Source: Fonticula alba ATCC 38817 (lineage: Eukaryota > Protista > Nucleariida). From it: a DNA stretch of 59,366 nucleotides. The notes below the pieces were generated by a model. The model was given only the letters and a program-made list of their open reading frames with translations. It did not search any database and had not been told where the DNA came from. Position 1 is the first letter of the stretch. Each line of letters begins with the position of its first letter. Both the position numbers and the translations under genes were made by a program. Below are positions 1-10,793 of the stretch, one piece after another. The stretch lies in assembly GCA_000388065.2 (NCBI GenBank), contig KB932205.1; one strand, written 5' to 3'.

Positions 1-279
1 CACCTGCACCAACAACCGGGCCCTGGCCATCGGGCTCGGGGTGGGTCTCGGCCTGCTGGTCCTGCTGCTGGTTGTCATCGTGGTGGTGTTCGTCGTCGTC
101 CGTCGCCGCCGTGGGGCCAAGAGCCGCTCCGGTGACATCGACATGAGCACCTTCGGCAACATCATCGGTACGCTTGCGCCATTTTGCTTCTTCCTCTTTT
201 TTTTCCGGGCCCCCTCGCCCGCTCGTCGCCATGCGCTGTGTTTGCTAACCCACGCGCCACTCGTCAACACCCAGACTGA
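1..279 (+). CDS. Gene A: 3' end of a cysteine-repeat-family type-I membrane receptor, apparently kinase-less (5' partial)
   Basis: Frame from nt 2 reads TCTNNRALAIGLGVGLGLLVLLLVVIVVVFVVVRRRRGAKSRSGDIDMSTFGNII. The RALAIGL-TM-polyR-DIDM motif matches genes B, C and D. Phase-1 intron 168-274 (GTACGC...CTAAC...CCCAG), then G|AC TGA = Asp-stop at 279. Confidence 0.75.
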
Positions 280-1522
280 TGGCCTGGCAGTGCTCTGGAG
301 GCTGCGCATGCGTGGCCTCTCCGGTGCTGCGCCCGGGCTTGCCCCTCCCTCGGGGCCCGGGCGGCCACCATCGCCCGGGGGGCCCCTTCCTCCGGCAGAG
401 TATCACACTCGGAGGGGGGGGTCCCGACCGCTTGAATATAAATGTCCCATGCACTCGCACGCGCCATGGTGCCGCGCCTGGTTCGCATTCGATTCTCCGC
501 ACGAGCAGCTGCCGGGGGGTGGGGTGCCGCTTTTCAACCGGACCGGGGGGGAGGGCGAGGGATCGCACCGGGGGCCGTTTCCGTGGGGGTTTTTTTTTTT
601 CTTGGCCGCACGCCCGGCCGGTGCTCCGCGACCGGCATCCGCGCGGCTCGCCACCACCAGCCAGGCCGGCGGCCATGTTTGCTTGGCTTGTCCTTGGCGA
701 GGGACCTGGCCAGCCCTCCCCATCGTAGGCCTGCCGCTTGGGGCAAAGCCGGGGGTCTTCTCCCGCCCTCCCCCTCTCTCTCTCTCTCTCTCCCCCTCTC
801 TTTCGAGGGGCATGGGGGGGGGCCATGTCGCTGGGTATTGTTGTTGGCCCGGGTAGGGACGATGCCTTGCCAGGGGGCACATGGACCGGCCGGGCAGCAA
901 GGGGGGGGGAGGCACGCACAATGCGCGCCGCCGCGCCGTGCCTCGGCATGCACGACGGGCCTCCACCTGGCAGCGCGGTGTGGCCCTGTGGCCGGGCGAA
1001 TGGCGCCCGCGGATGCTGGCCAATGCCGCGCACTCGCTCGGGGGTCGGCGCTCGTCGCGCCACGGGGGCCCATGTGCATGGACCCCCAGGTGAGGGCTGC
1101 CCGGCAGCGCTGGCCACCGTGGCCGGCCCGGACCCAGTCACGCAAGGGCCCTTCCGCCGCCGGCGGCCGGAAGGTGTTCACCGATGGTCGGTATGCCGCT
1201 CGGATGTTGCCCTGCCGCTGGCAGCCAGCAAAGGACCGCCATCTTTGATGGCCGGACGAAAGTATGCGCTCGCGCATGTGCATATCCTGCCGGGGCCCCA
1301 ACGGGGAGGCCGGTGCTCCTTTGCGCGGTGCCGGCGGGCCGCGCGCACGGGGAAGGGGGGCGTCCATGGGCGGAACTCGGCTCGCTGGACACGCCGGCGG
1401 CCATCCTCCCTGGCACCCGGCCGGGCGGGCCCACGCACCGACCGAGGAGCCCAGCACACGGGCCGCCGAAGCGGGGGCCTCCTCCGGCACTTCACCATCC
1501 ATGAAACGCTCCGGTTCTGGTA

Positions 1523-2078
1523 TGTGATTCTGGGGGACCGGTGAGGGCCTTCCCTGAACCACCCAGAGCGTTCCGTCCCGAGAGGGTCACCACTCGGACA
1601 TGAATACAACAACAAAAGAAGGGAAAGCTGGTGATCTGCGTCTTTATGGGGATTACATCAGGGACTAGGTCACACCGCTCCAGAGGGAACGACGTACGGA
1701 GACAGGACTATAGGAAATCAAACCTCCGTAAGAGAGAATGACTATCCTTCAAGGTGCTGAGTCCTTGGAGGGGAGGCAGGAACGGGGGCCCCTTATATAG
1801 GGTGCCCAGAAAAGGGGGAATACATGGGAATACATGGGAATTGAGAGAGAATGGGTGGCGTCGCCGGAAGGGCGACGCCAGCACCCCCCAACGGGGAAGT
1901 GCAGGTCGACTAGTGGACCTCGTTGCTATACGATCACGTGAAGGTCATGACCAGATCTAGCAGGGATGTGGCAGCAGGGGGAAAACAGAGCAGGGCGAGG
2001 TGAGGCAGGTGCGGAGGAGGTGAGCGGAGCGAAGTTCCGACGCAATGTCGGAGGTGACATTATGGTTACAATCCAACA
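1523..2078 (-). mobile_element. Putative solo LTR / LTR-like island upstream of tRNA-Arg
   Basis: Sharp drop in GC relative to flanks. TG...CA ends with imperfect inverted termini (TGTGATT...AATCCAACA). TATATAAG on the minus strand at 1792-1799. Internal direct repeat GGGAATACAT x2. No ORF and no target-site duplication found. Confidence 0.5.
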
Positions 2079-2112
2079 AAAGCTCCCGGCGCAGGCCGGA
2101 CACATAACCGGT

Positions 2113-2186
2113 GGCCGCGTAGCTCAATTGGATAGAGCACCTGACTACGGATCAGGAGGTTGTGTGTTCGAGCCGCATCGTGGTCA
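2113..2186 (+). tRNA. tRNA-Arg(ACG)
   Basis: Cloverleaf GGCCGCG...CGTGGTC-A with anticodon arm CCTGA-CTACGGA-TCAGG and T-loop TTCGAGC, followed by a T-rich tract. Confidence 0.97.
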
Positions 2187-2340
2187 TACTTATTTTGCCC
2201 GGGCCCGGAGGGGGAGGCGGCCTGTCGCGCCGGGGTGTGTGTGTGTGTGTGCCCCGCCCCCCCCCCCCCCCACTCCACTCGCCTGTGTGTCTGTCACCTT
2301 GTGGACTGGAGCGGAGCGATCTCCAACAGCATGGAGACGC

Positions 2341-3246
2341 NNNNNNNNNNNNNNNNNNNNNNNNNNNNNNNNNNNNNNNNNNNNNNNNNNNNNNNNNNNN
2401 NNNNNNNNNNNNNNNNNNNNNNNNNNNNNNNNNNNNNNNNNNNNNNNNNNNNNNNNNNNNNNNNNNNNNNNNNNNNNNNNNNNNNNNNNNNNNNNNNNNN
2501 NNNNNNNNNNNNNNNNNNNNNNNNNNNNNNNNNNNNNNNNNNNNNNNNNNNNNNNNNNNNNNNNNNNNNNNNNNNNNNNNNNNNNNNNNNNNNNNNNNNN
2601 NNNNNNNNNNNNNNNNNNNNNNNNNNNNNNNNNNNNNNNNNNNNNNNNNNNNNNNNNNNNNNNNNNNNNNNNNNNNNNNNNNNNNNNNNNNNNNNNNNNN
2701 NNNNNNNNNNNNNNNNNNNNNNNNNNNNNNNNNNNNNNNNNNNNNNNNNNNNNNNNNNNNNNNNNNNNNNNNNNNNNNNNNNNNNNNNNNNNNNNNNNNN
2801 NNNNNNNNNNNNNNNNNNNNNNNNNNNNNNNNNNNNNNNNNNNNNNNNNNNNNNNNNNNNNNNNNNNNNNNNNNNNNNNNNNNNNNNNNNNNNNNNNNNN
2901 NNNNNNNNNNNNNNNNNNNNNNNNNNNNNNNNNNNNNNNNNNNNNNNNNNNNNNNNNNNNNNNNNNNNNNNNNNNNNNNNNNNNNNNNNNNNNNNNNNNN
3001 NNNNNNNNNNNNNNNNNNNNNNNNNNNNNNNNNNNNNNNNNNNNNNNNNNNNNNNNNNNNNNNNNNNNNNNNNNNNNNNNNNNNNNNNNNNNNNNNNNNN
3101 NNNNNNNNNNNNNNNNNNNNNNNNNNNNNNNNNNNNNNNNNNNNNNNNNNNNNNNNNNNNNNNNNNNNNNNNNNNNNNNNNNNNNNNNNNNNNNNNNNNN
3201 NNNNNNNNNNNNNNNNNNNNNNNNNNNNNNNNNNNNNNNNNNNNNC
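2341..3246. other. Assembly gap (N run)
   Basis: Run of N. Other gaps are at 16245-16334, 38380-38664, 44124-44461 and 54988-54997. Confidence 1.
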
Positions 3247-6200
3247 CCCCCCCCCCCCCGCCCACCCCCGACGGGCCGCTGGCCACGCGCATGCCCGTGC
3301 TGGCGGCCTTGCGTGCCCCGCGGCCTTCGACCGGCCCTCCGCCCTCCGGGTGGCACCATCAACGCCGCCGCCACCACCACCCAGCGGGAGGGGCCATTTG
3401 CTACCGGGCCCCCCTCGGCACGGGCGGCCTCGCACCGCCGGCATGCGGTCCTCGCGCGCGCGCCGATCCCCCGGACGGCCAGGATTCGAGCCTCTCCGCA
3501 GCCCTTCGTCCGGGGCTGCCACTCGCTGGCCCGGTGGCCCCGGCGGTGGCTTTTCCCCCAAACCATCGGCGCCTCTCCCGTCGCCAGTCCCGCGGTCGCC
3601 CACGGGGGCCGGCCGCAAGGGTGACCGGTGCACAGCGAACCGCCCCCCTCCTCTGCGGCTGCCAGGAACGCCGGGAGGCTGGCAAACAGCCGCCATCCAA
3701 GCAGACGTCCACGCCCATGCCGGCCCCCCGGCACGCTCTCGGTCACGCACCGTCAGTACCATGGGACAGCGCCGAGGCCGGCGCCAGCGACCCCCCCGAG
3801 GTCCAGCCCCCCCCCCCCCCCCATTCGAGGGCACCGCATAAGTGCCCTCCCCGCGATGGGGGCGCCCAAGCCACCGGGGCATCCGGCCCGACACTTGGCC
3901 GCCCCTGCGCCGGGCGTGCTCGCAGCCTTGTGCGACCTGCGCCCACGGCTCCGGGCGTCTGACACCCATGCCCCAGCTCGCCCTCCGCCCGGAGCTCGGC
4001 CCCCTGCACTCCTCGCGGCAGGACGCAGCTCAGCCCGCCGAGCGCCGCGCACACGGCCACATGCCGCCGGCATCGCCGCCTGCCACACGCCCCGGCGCTG
4101 GTCCTTCCCCACCCGGCCACGCTCGAGGCGGGCCTCGGAGGGGCTGGCCAAGGGAGAGGGGCAGGCAGCTGGCCATGTGCATCGCACATGCCCCTGACTC
4201 TGCCCTGCCCGGGGTCGATCCACACCACCACGGGTGCTGGGGGACCCCCCCCCCCTGCCGGGGTCTTTTGCCGAGGAGACACCCTCCTCCGGCATCCGGC
4301 CAGCCAGGCCCCAGCCTCCGGGCGCCCGCACGTGCAGGACATGCCTTCAAGGCAAAGCACCCGCGTGCCTTGACACCACCTGAACTGCCATAGCCACTGC
4401 CCGCGAACTCGGGGCACCGCTTTGCACTAGCCAACCGTCTCATCAGACCACGCTCCCCTCCACACCGCTGGCGAGCCCAGCACCATGCTCGAGGCCTTGG
4501 CGCCTCCGGACGCGAGGTTCGGGGGCTCCCGGCCGCCTGCCAGGGTCGGCCGGAAAGGGCGCCCACCAACTGCCAGGCCTTTTGTCCCCCGGAGCAGCGT
4601 CTCGCCACCATGCTGCGGGACTGCTGGCGGAGGAGGCGTCGACGCCTCGGGCCCGGGCCGAATGTGCCCGGCAACCGCAAGCGTCGTGGGCTGCCTCCCT
4701 CTGGACGGCACTTGCCACCCATGAACAGGACAAGGCGGGCCATCAATGCGGTCGGCCCCCTCGCCGAGCGATCTCGCGCCGCCGTCCATAGTCAGCACCC
4801 GACGACCTGGAATACCCGGCGCACCACCCAATCGTGGCTGGCTCCCGCGCGGTCGCGGAAGGACGTCCGCTCGCCGAAGGGACCTTGCTGCTCGCCGGCC
4901 CCCCCCTTGGGCCAAGACCGGGGAAAGCCCCACGGGCTGGCCAGCCGGAGGCCCGGTCCCCAGCCTTTTGGCAACGCGCACCGCTCGGGAAGGGTGCTCT
5001 CATCGGGCGCTCCCTCACCTGATGAAGGCGCCCTTCCCCCACCCTCCTGCGCGCAGCCAGCCAGCTCCGGCCCACGCCACGGCACAACACACCGGCCCTC
5101 GACCGGCGCCCGGGGCACTCAGGCCTGTCCGCGCGCCCAGAGGCAGTTCCCTCACACCGGCCGCCGGCAGCCCAACTGGGCCATCGACCAGGAGGCGTGC
5201 CTCCTCGACTCGGCGTGGCCGGGCCCTCGCGCGTACCAAAGACCGGGCCAGGGGGCCCGGGGTGGTCTGTTGGCACGAGGCAAATATGCCACATACGCGG
5301 ACCCCGCATGAAGGGGGCCTCGTCAATCGCCCAACACGCCGCTCGACGGCCCCCCTCCGCCTCCTGGATCGCGCGGCCGGGCAGAGCTCAAGTGCGGGGA
5401 ATACCACCCACCGAAAGGGGGGCCTCAAGGGCAAGCCGCCGGCCATGTGCGCTCCCCTTGCATGCGGTGCATGTGGGGGGGCCGCTTGCATGCGCGCCAC
5501 GCGCGCGGCAGCTCTGAGGACCCCCATCTCGGAGGGCATCCGGCGAGGAGGCCGCCATTTCAACCGCCCAGACCCGATCAAACGGCCAGGAGAGCGGGGC
5601 GGCCCCGGCGATCGGGCCCGGCGAGTCGCGTGCGCCCATCCCCCGCCATCGGGGATGCATTAGCGCGAGCTCGATCGGGCCCGGGGGGGGGGGGGGGGTA
5701 CACAGGGCGGGCCCGGCCTCGCATCGCTCCCCCCCCCCGGGAAGAGGACGCTGGCCCGGTGGCAATGGCCCGCGGAGATTGGCCCCGTGACCCATGTAAC
5801 TGAGGGGAAACCCAGTTACACCGAGGTGGCCCCTTGCTCTCTAGCATTCGGATGCTGGCAATGTTCTTGGGGCCGCGGCCTGTTCGGGTACGGACGTGGC
5901 GCGCGTCGAGCAAAGAAAAGGCGCAATAAAAAGACGAAGTATTTCCGGCAAACAAGCGAGCTGCCCCCGGTAGGCGCCCCGACCCCATGCGGCGCGGGCT
6001 CCTGTCAGGCCAGGTCGGTCGGAGGCCGGAAAGTTCCAGCCCCGGGGGCGGGGGGCTACCCCTCGTCGGGGCCTCGCGCGATGCATCACGCAAATGAGCT
6101 GCCCCGTTCGTTTCCGCCCGATGCCCGACGGAAAACCCGGCGGTGCCGGCCGCCCTGTGCCCGCAAGGGTGCATTCTCCGGCCCCGCGGTCGCCGTTTGC

Positions 6201-6623
6201 TCGGTCGCGCCACTCTGGCGTCGCGCGGCCCGCCTCGCGCTGTCTCCCCGCCTTGCCTTTTTTTTTTTTTGGGATGGCCAGGAATGGTCGGGTCATTCGC
6301 GGCCCGGCTCCCGCCCGGGGTCGTCGTCGTCGTCGTCGTCGGAGGGCCGCCATGGCGTTCCACCCCCGGTCGGGCATTCCCGCGGTGTCGGTCCTGAAAC
6401 AAGGGCACCGGGGTGCTTTTTGCTTGGCCCCCGCGGCCGGCTCGGCGTCCGCCGGGCCCGGCGCCGTGTTCCGGCGGGGGGGGGGGATGCCCTGCCAGGC
6501 GGTCCTCCCGCCCCGGCGGCCGGCCGTGCCCCGGAGCAGCCTGTGCGTGGGCCTCGGCCAGCGGGGGCGCGCCCGGGGCGTGCGGCAAAAAATGGCCCGC
6601 CGCGGGTGTGCACCACCGGAAAT

Positions 6624-6697
6624 GGCCGCGTAGCTCAATTGGATAGAGCACCTGACTACGGATCAGGAGGTTGTGTGTTCGAGCCGCATCGTGGTCA
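6624..6697 (+). tRNA. tRNA-Arg(ACG)
   Basis: Identical to 2113-2186. T7 Pol III terminator about 7 nt downstream. Confidence 0.97.
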
Positions 6698-6761
6698 GCG
6701 TCCTTTTTTTGGTGGCGGCGTGTTTTCGGCAGCAGGGCATCGGCGCAAAAAGAGAGGTGCG

Positions 6762-6833
6762 AGGGCCCACCCGGGGTTGATCCGGGGACCTGTCGATCTG
6801 CAGTCGACCGCTCTACCACTGAGCTATAGACCC
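6762..6833 (-). tRNA. tRNA-Cys(GCA)
   Basis: Reverse complement GGGTCTA...TGGGCCC-T with anticodon arm GTCGA-CTGCAGA-TCGAC. T-loop is ATCAACC (non-canonical). T5 terminator downstream. Convergent with tRNA-Arg. Confidence 0.93.
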
Positions 6834-7503
6834 GTCCCGATGACATCGCCCACCGGGGACATGTATTTGTACCCTGGCCCGGGACCCCCGCTGCCTGCCA
6901 GTTGGTCCCGGCCGGGTGCCCCTCCCGCCAGCCGGGCGGGGTCCGGGCTCGAGGCCCACGCTGTTGGCGGGTGGAAAAATGCAACAAACAGCCGCACACA
7001 CACACGCACACACACACACACACGGAGTCACAGCTTCCGCCGGACGATCATGCCCCGGAGGAATGCCCGGGGCCGGGGCCCGCGCCCGGCTGACCGCGGC
7101 CTGATGGCGCTGTTTCATCCGACCCCATCCCCACCCCCGGCCCGGCCCGGCCCGGGACCGGCTGTGCAGGGCGGCCAGCATGCGCACGTCGGCATCTACC
7201 TGTGTGTGTGTGAGCTTGTGTGGGGAGTCCGGCGGGCCGGGCCCGGCTTTTGGGCGGGGCTGCCGCGTTGGCGGATCCCCTGCCGGGGGGGGGGGGGGCC
7301 GAGGGCAAGCCCATTTTTCCGGCCCCCCTCCTCGGTGCCGGTCTCCTGCCGCCAATCCTCCCGTCGCTCGCGTGCTCGCATCCTCGCCCTTTGCCTCCGC
7401 CCCCGCCCCCGCCCCCTCCCTCGCACCTGACTGCCGCCGATCGCCGCCTCTCGTGGCCGCCGCCTGCAGGTCGCTGCCTGTCTGCTCCGCCGGATCTCTC
7501 AGG

Positions 7504-10500
7504 ATGTCCGGTCCGGCTCGAGGTCCCCTCCGGGTGCCGGCACTGCTGCTGGCGGTGGTGGTCCTGGCCGCGGCGGCCGTGCTGGCGCTGGCATTGGGCC
7601 CGGCACCGGCCACCGCGTTGTCCCTGCCGCCCGGGGCCCGGGCCGGCGGGCCTGCCGGCCCGGCGGAGGGCATTTCCACGATGTCCTGCGCGCCAAATTG
7701 CGCCAACTGCTCCGGCCTCATTTGTAACTTCTGCAATACGGGCTTTTACCAAATCAAAAACGAGCTGGACAACCCCTGCGTCAGCCAATGCCCCGGGCAC
7801 CTGCCGGCCATCCTGCTTGAGGTCCTCACCGAATATTGCGTCTTCCCCCAGGTGGATGGCTGCTCGTACATGGTCGGCAGCATGTCCACCTGCACGGCGT
7901 GCGTTGCCGGGCGTGTGCTGTCCGAGCAGGGGGGGGCGTGTCTCCACTGCCCGGCGAATTGCCAGATCTGTCCCGATGTCAGCTCCTGTAGCCAATGCTT
8001 CGGCGGCTTCCTCTTCCACCAGGGCACATGCGTTGCCCAGTGCCCGGGCGGCTTCTTCCCGAATGGCGGCTCCTGCTCGGCCTGCCCCGGGCCGTGCGCC
8101 ACATGCAGCAATTCCTCCACCTGCGGGTCCTGCCATGGCGGCTACTTCCTGCATGGCGGCGCCTGCACGGCCGACTGCCCGGCCGGCACCTTCCCCAATG
8201 CGGCCAGCGGGGCGTGCGATATGTGCCCGGCCAGCTGCGCCACCTGCACCGGCCCGTCCACCTGCGGGTCCTGCCAGGGCGGCTACTTCCTGAGCGAGGG
8301 CCGCTGCGTGGCCCAGTGCCCGAGCGGGACCTTCGCCCACGCGGAGTCCCGCACGTGCGTCGGCTGCCCGGCCAACTGCACCACCTGCACCGGGGCCAAT
8401 GTGTGCACCTCCTGCGCCGGTGGCTTCAACCTGCACGGGACGTCCTGCCTGTCGCAATGCCCCAGCGGGTTCTTCGCGCGCGGCGGCATTTGCACCGCAT
8501 GCGGGCACCACTGCGCCACCTGCCCGGACGACACCACCTGCACCGCATGCGCCCCGGGGTATCCGCTGCACCAGGGGGCCTGCATGGGCCAGGGCTGCCC
8601 GGATGGCTACTTCGATCGGGACAACGCTTGCGCCGCCTGCAATGTCGGCTGCGCCACCTGCATCGAGGCCAGCACCTGTGGCACGTGCGCCAGCGCCCTG
8701 GTCCTGTACCAGGGCCAGTGTCTGGCTGGCTGTCCGGCCGGCACGTATGCCGGCGTCGGCCCGGGCGACGCCCCGCAGGGCATCTGCCTGGCGTGCCACC
8801 CGCTGTGCGCCGCGTGCGCCGGCCCGGGGGCCGACCAGTGCACCGCCTGCGACGACCCGCTGACCATCCGCCAGCCCATCCCGCCGGTGGACCCGCCCCT
8901 GGCCGAGGGCATGTGCGTGCCGGACTGCATGAACGACCCGTCGCAGTGCGTCGAGTGCGAGCCCGGGTGCGACCTGTGCCGGCGGATGCCCGACGCGTCG
9001 ACCTTCTGCATGGTGTGCCACTCGCCGGGGCTGGCGCTGGATGGCCTCTGTGTCGGTGCCTGCCCGCCGGGCTACGCCACCATGACGGCGGCCGGCTACT
9101 GCGCCCGGTGCTCCGGCAACTGCGGCGACGCGTGCTTCGGCCCGGGCAGCAACCAGTGCCTCGCCTGCCCGGCCGGCAAGCGGCTGCAGGATGGCACTTG
9201 CCGCGATGCCTGCAGCACGGTCGGCTGGTTTGAATCCTCGCCCGGGGCCTGCTCCAGGTGCCATGCCAGTTGCTCGCAGTGTGTCGGCCCCGGCCCGGGG
9301 GACTGCACGGCCTGCCCGCGGGGGTCCTTCCGGATGGCCTCCCCCGGGGGGCTGGCCCACCAGTGTGTGACCGCCTGCCCGGCCGGCCAGTATGCCGACG
9401 TCCTCCATGGCGAGTGCCGGGCGTGCGATGCCAGCTGCGCCACCTGCTCCGGCGGGTCCTCGGCCAGCGACTGCACCGGCTGCTGGCCGGGCGAGCTGCT
9501 CTTCCACACCACTTGTGTGGCCAGCTGCCCGGTGGGGTACTACCCGACGGCGAGCGGCGCCCAGTGCGGCCCCTGTGGCAGCGGCTGTGTCGAGTGCGCC
9601 CCCGGGACCGGGGTCTGCACGGTCTGTGCCCCGGGGCAGTATGCCGACTATGCGGCCGGCATGTGCTACACCGTGTGCCCGGGGCGCTTCCTGGCGGACG
9701 ATCGGGCCATGACGTGCACCCCCTGTGCCGAGCCTTGCGCGCGGTGCGCCGCCAGCATCGACCATTGTGTTCGGTGCCAGGACCCGGGGCACTATCTGCG
9801 CGTGGCCACCGGCGAGTGCGTGGTCGGCTGCCAGGCCGGCGAGGTGGCGATCATGGGCACCGGCACGCAGGCCGGCATGCTGCTGTGCGCCGCCTGCCAC
9901 GAGTCCTGCGAGTCGTGCAATGCGCCGGGCAGCGCGTCGGCATGTTCCTCCTGCCCGGCTGGCAGCTTCCTCTCCCCGGGCGGGGCCTGCCTGGCGGAGT
10001 GCCCCATCGGGTACTTTGTCCAGGAGATGACCCGGCGATGCGATGCCTGCCATGGCTCGTGCCACACGTGCGCCGGTGCGAGCATCGACCAGTGTCTGTC
10101 CTGCACCGGGTCGGCGGACATCCTGCTCCGGGGGGCCTGTGTGTCCAGCTGCTCGGCCGAGGGGTTTTGGCTGGACGAGTCGACCCCCTCGCAGCGGGTA
10201 TGCCACCCGTGCATTCCCGGGTGCCGGCTCTGCTCGGAGGCGGAAGCCTGCTCGCGGTGCAACTCCAACATGGTGCTACACCACTCGGAGGCCGAGGGGA
10301 CTGCCTGCTTGGGCGCCTGTCCCGGGGGGTTCTTCGCCGATCCGCCGGGCGGCGAGCGCCAGCCCGTGTGCGCGGCCTGTGCCCCGGACTGCCACACCTG
10401 CACCGGGCCGGGGGCCCACGAGTGCCAGGTGCCCTGGTGCGAGGTGGATGGGTCGTGCAATCCGAAGAGCGGACGTGCGTTGGCCATCGGCCTGGCGGTT

Positions 10501-10720
10501 GGCCTGTCGCTGGTGTTGCTCCTGCTGCTGGCCATCCTGCTGGTTGTTTTCTGTGTCTTCCGCCGACGCCATGCCGGCCCCAAGGAGGCGCATGATATCG
10601 ACATGACCATTCTCAACACGATGATGGGTATGTTTAGCCGGATTGCCTGCTGCTTCTCCTTCGGCTGATGACTCACACGGGGGCCTTTCATCTGTCTTCT
10701 TTTGTGGTTATGATTATGGT

Positions 10721-10793
<73 letters not shown>

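Noticed and set aside
534-1562. Gag ORF adjoining the LTR-like island
   Set aside because: No zinc knuckle, protease or RT motifs. Composition is typical of GC-rich noise.
1901-1960. Vector polylinker (GTCGAC, ACTAGT, CACGTG, TCATGA, AGATCT in 60 bp)
   Set aside because: The order does not match a multiple cloning site I recognise and there is no flanking vector sequence. A UniVec search would settle it.
1966-3969. Several 500-600 aa ORFs around 2-4 kb
   Set aside because: They are long only because they read through the N gap, and they overlap a tRNA.
5781-5915. HDV-like or hammerhead ribozyme
   Set aside because: Helix order is partly HDV-like, but there is no L3/P1.1 consensus or J4/2 catalytic C, and no CUGANGA...GAAA hammerhead core. 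Kept only as a generic structured-RNA candidate.
280-7500. Hidden kinase exons completing gene A, or another protein-coding gene at 3.2-6.6 kb
   Set aside because: No HRD/DFG/APE or other domain motifs in any frame, no coding-like codon bias, and no coherent splice pattern. The 906-nt gap cannot be inspected.
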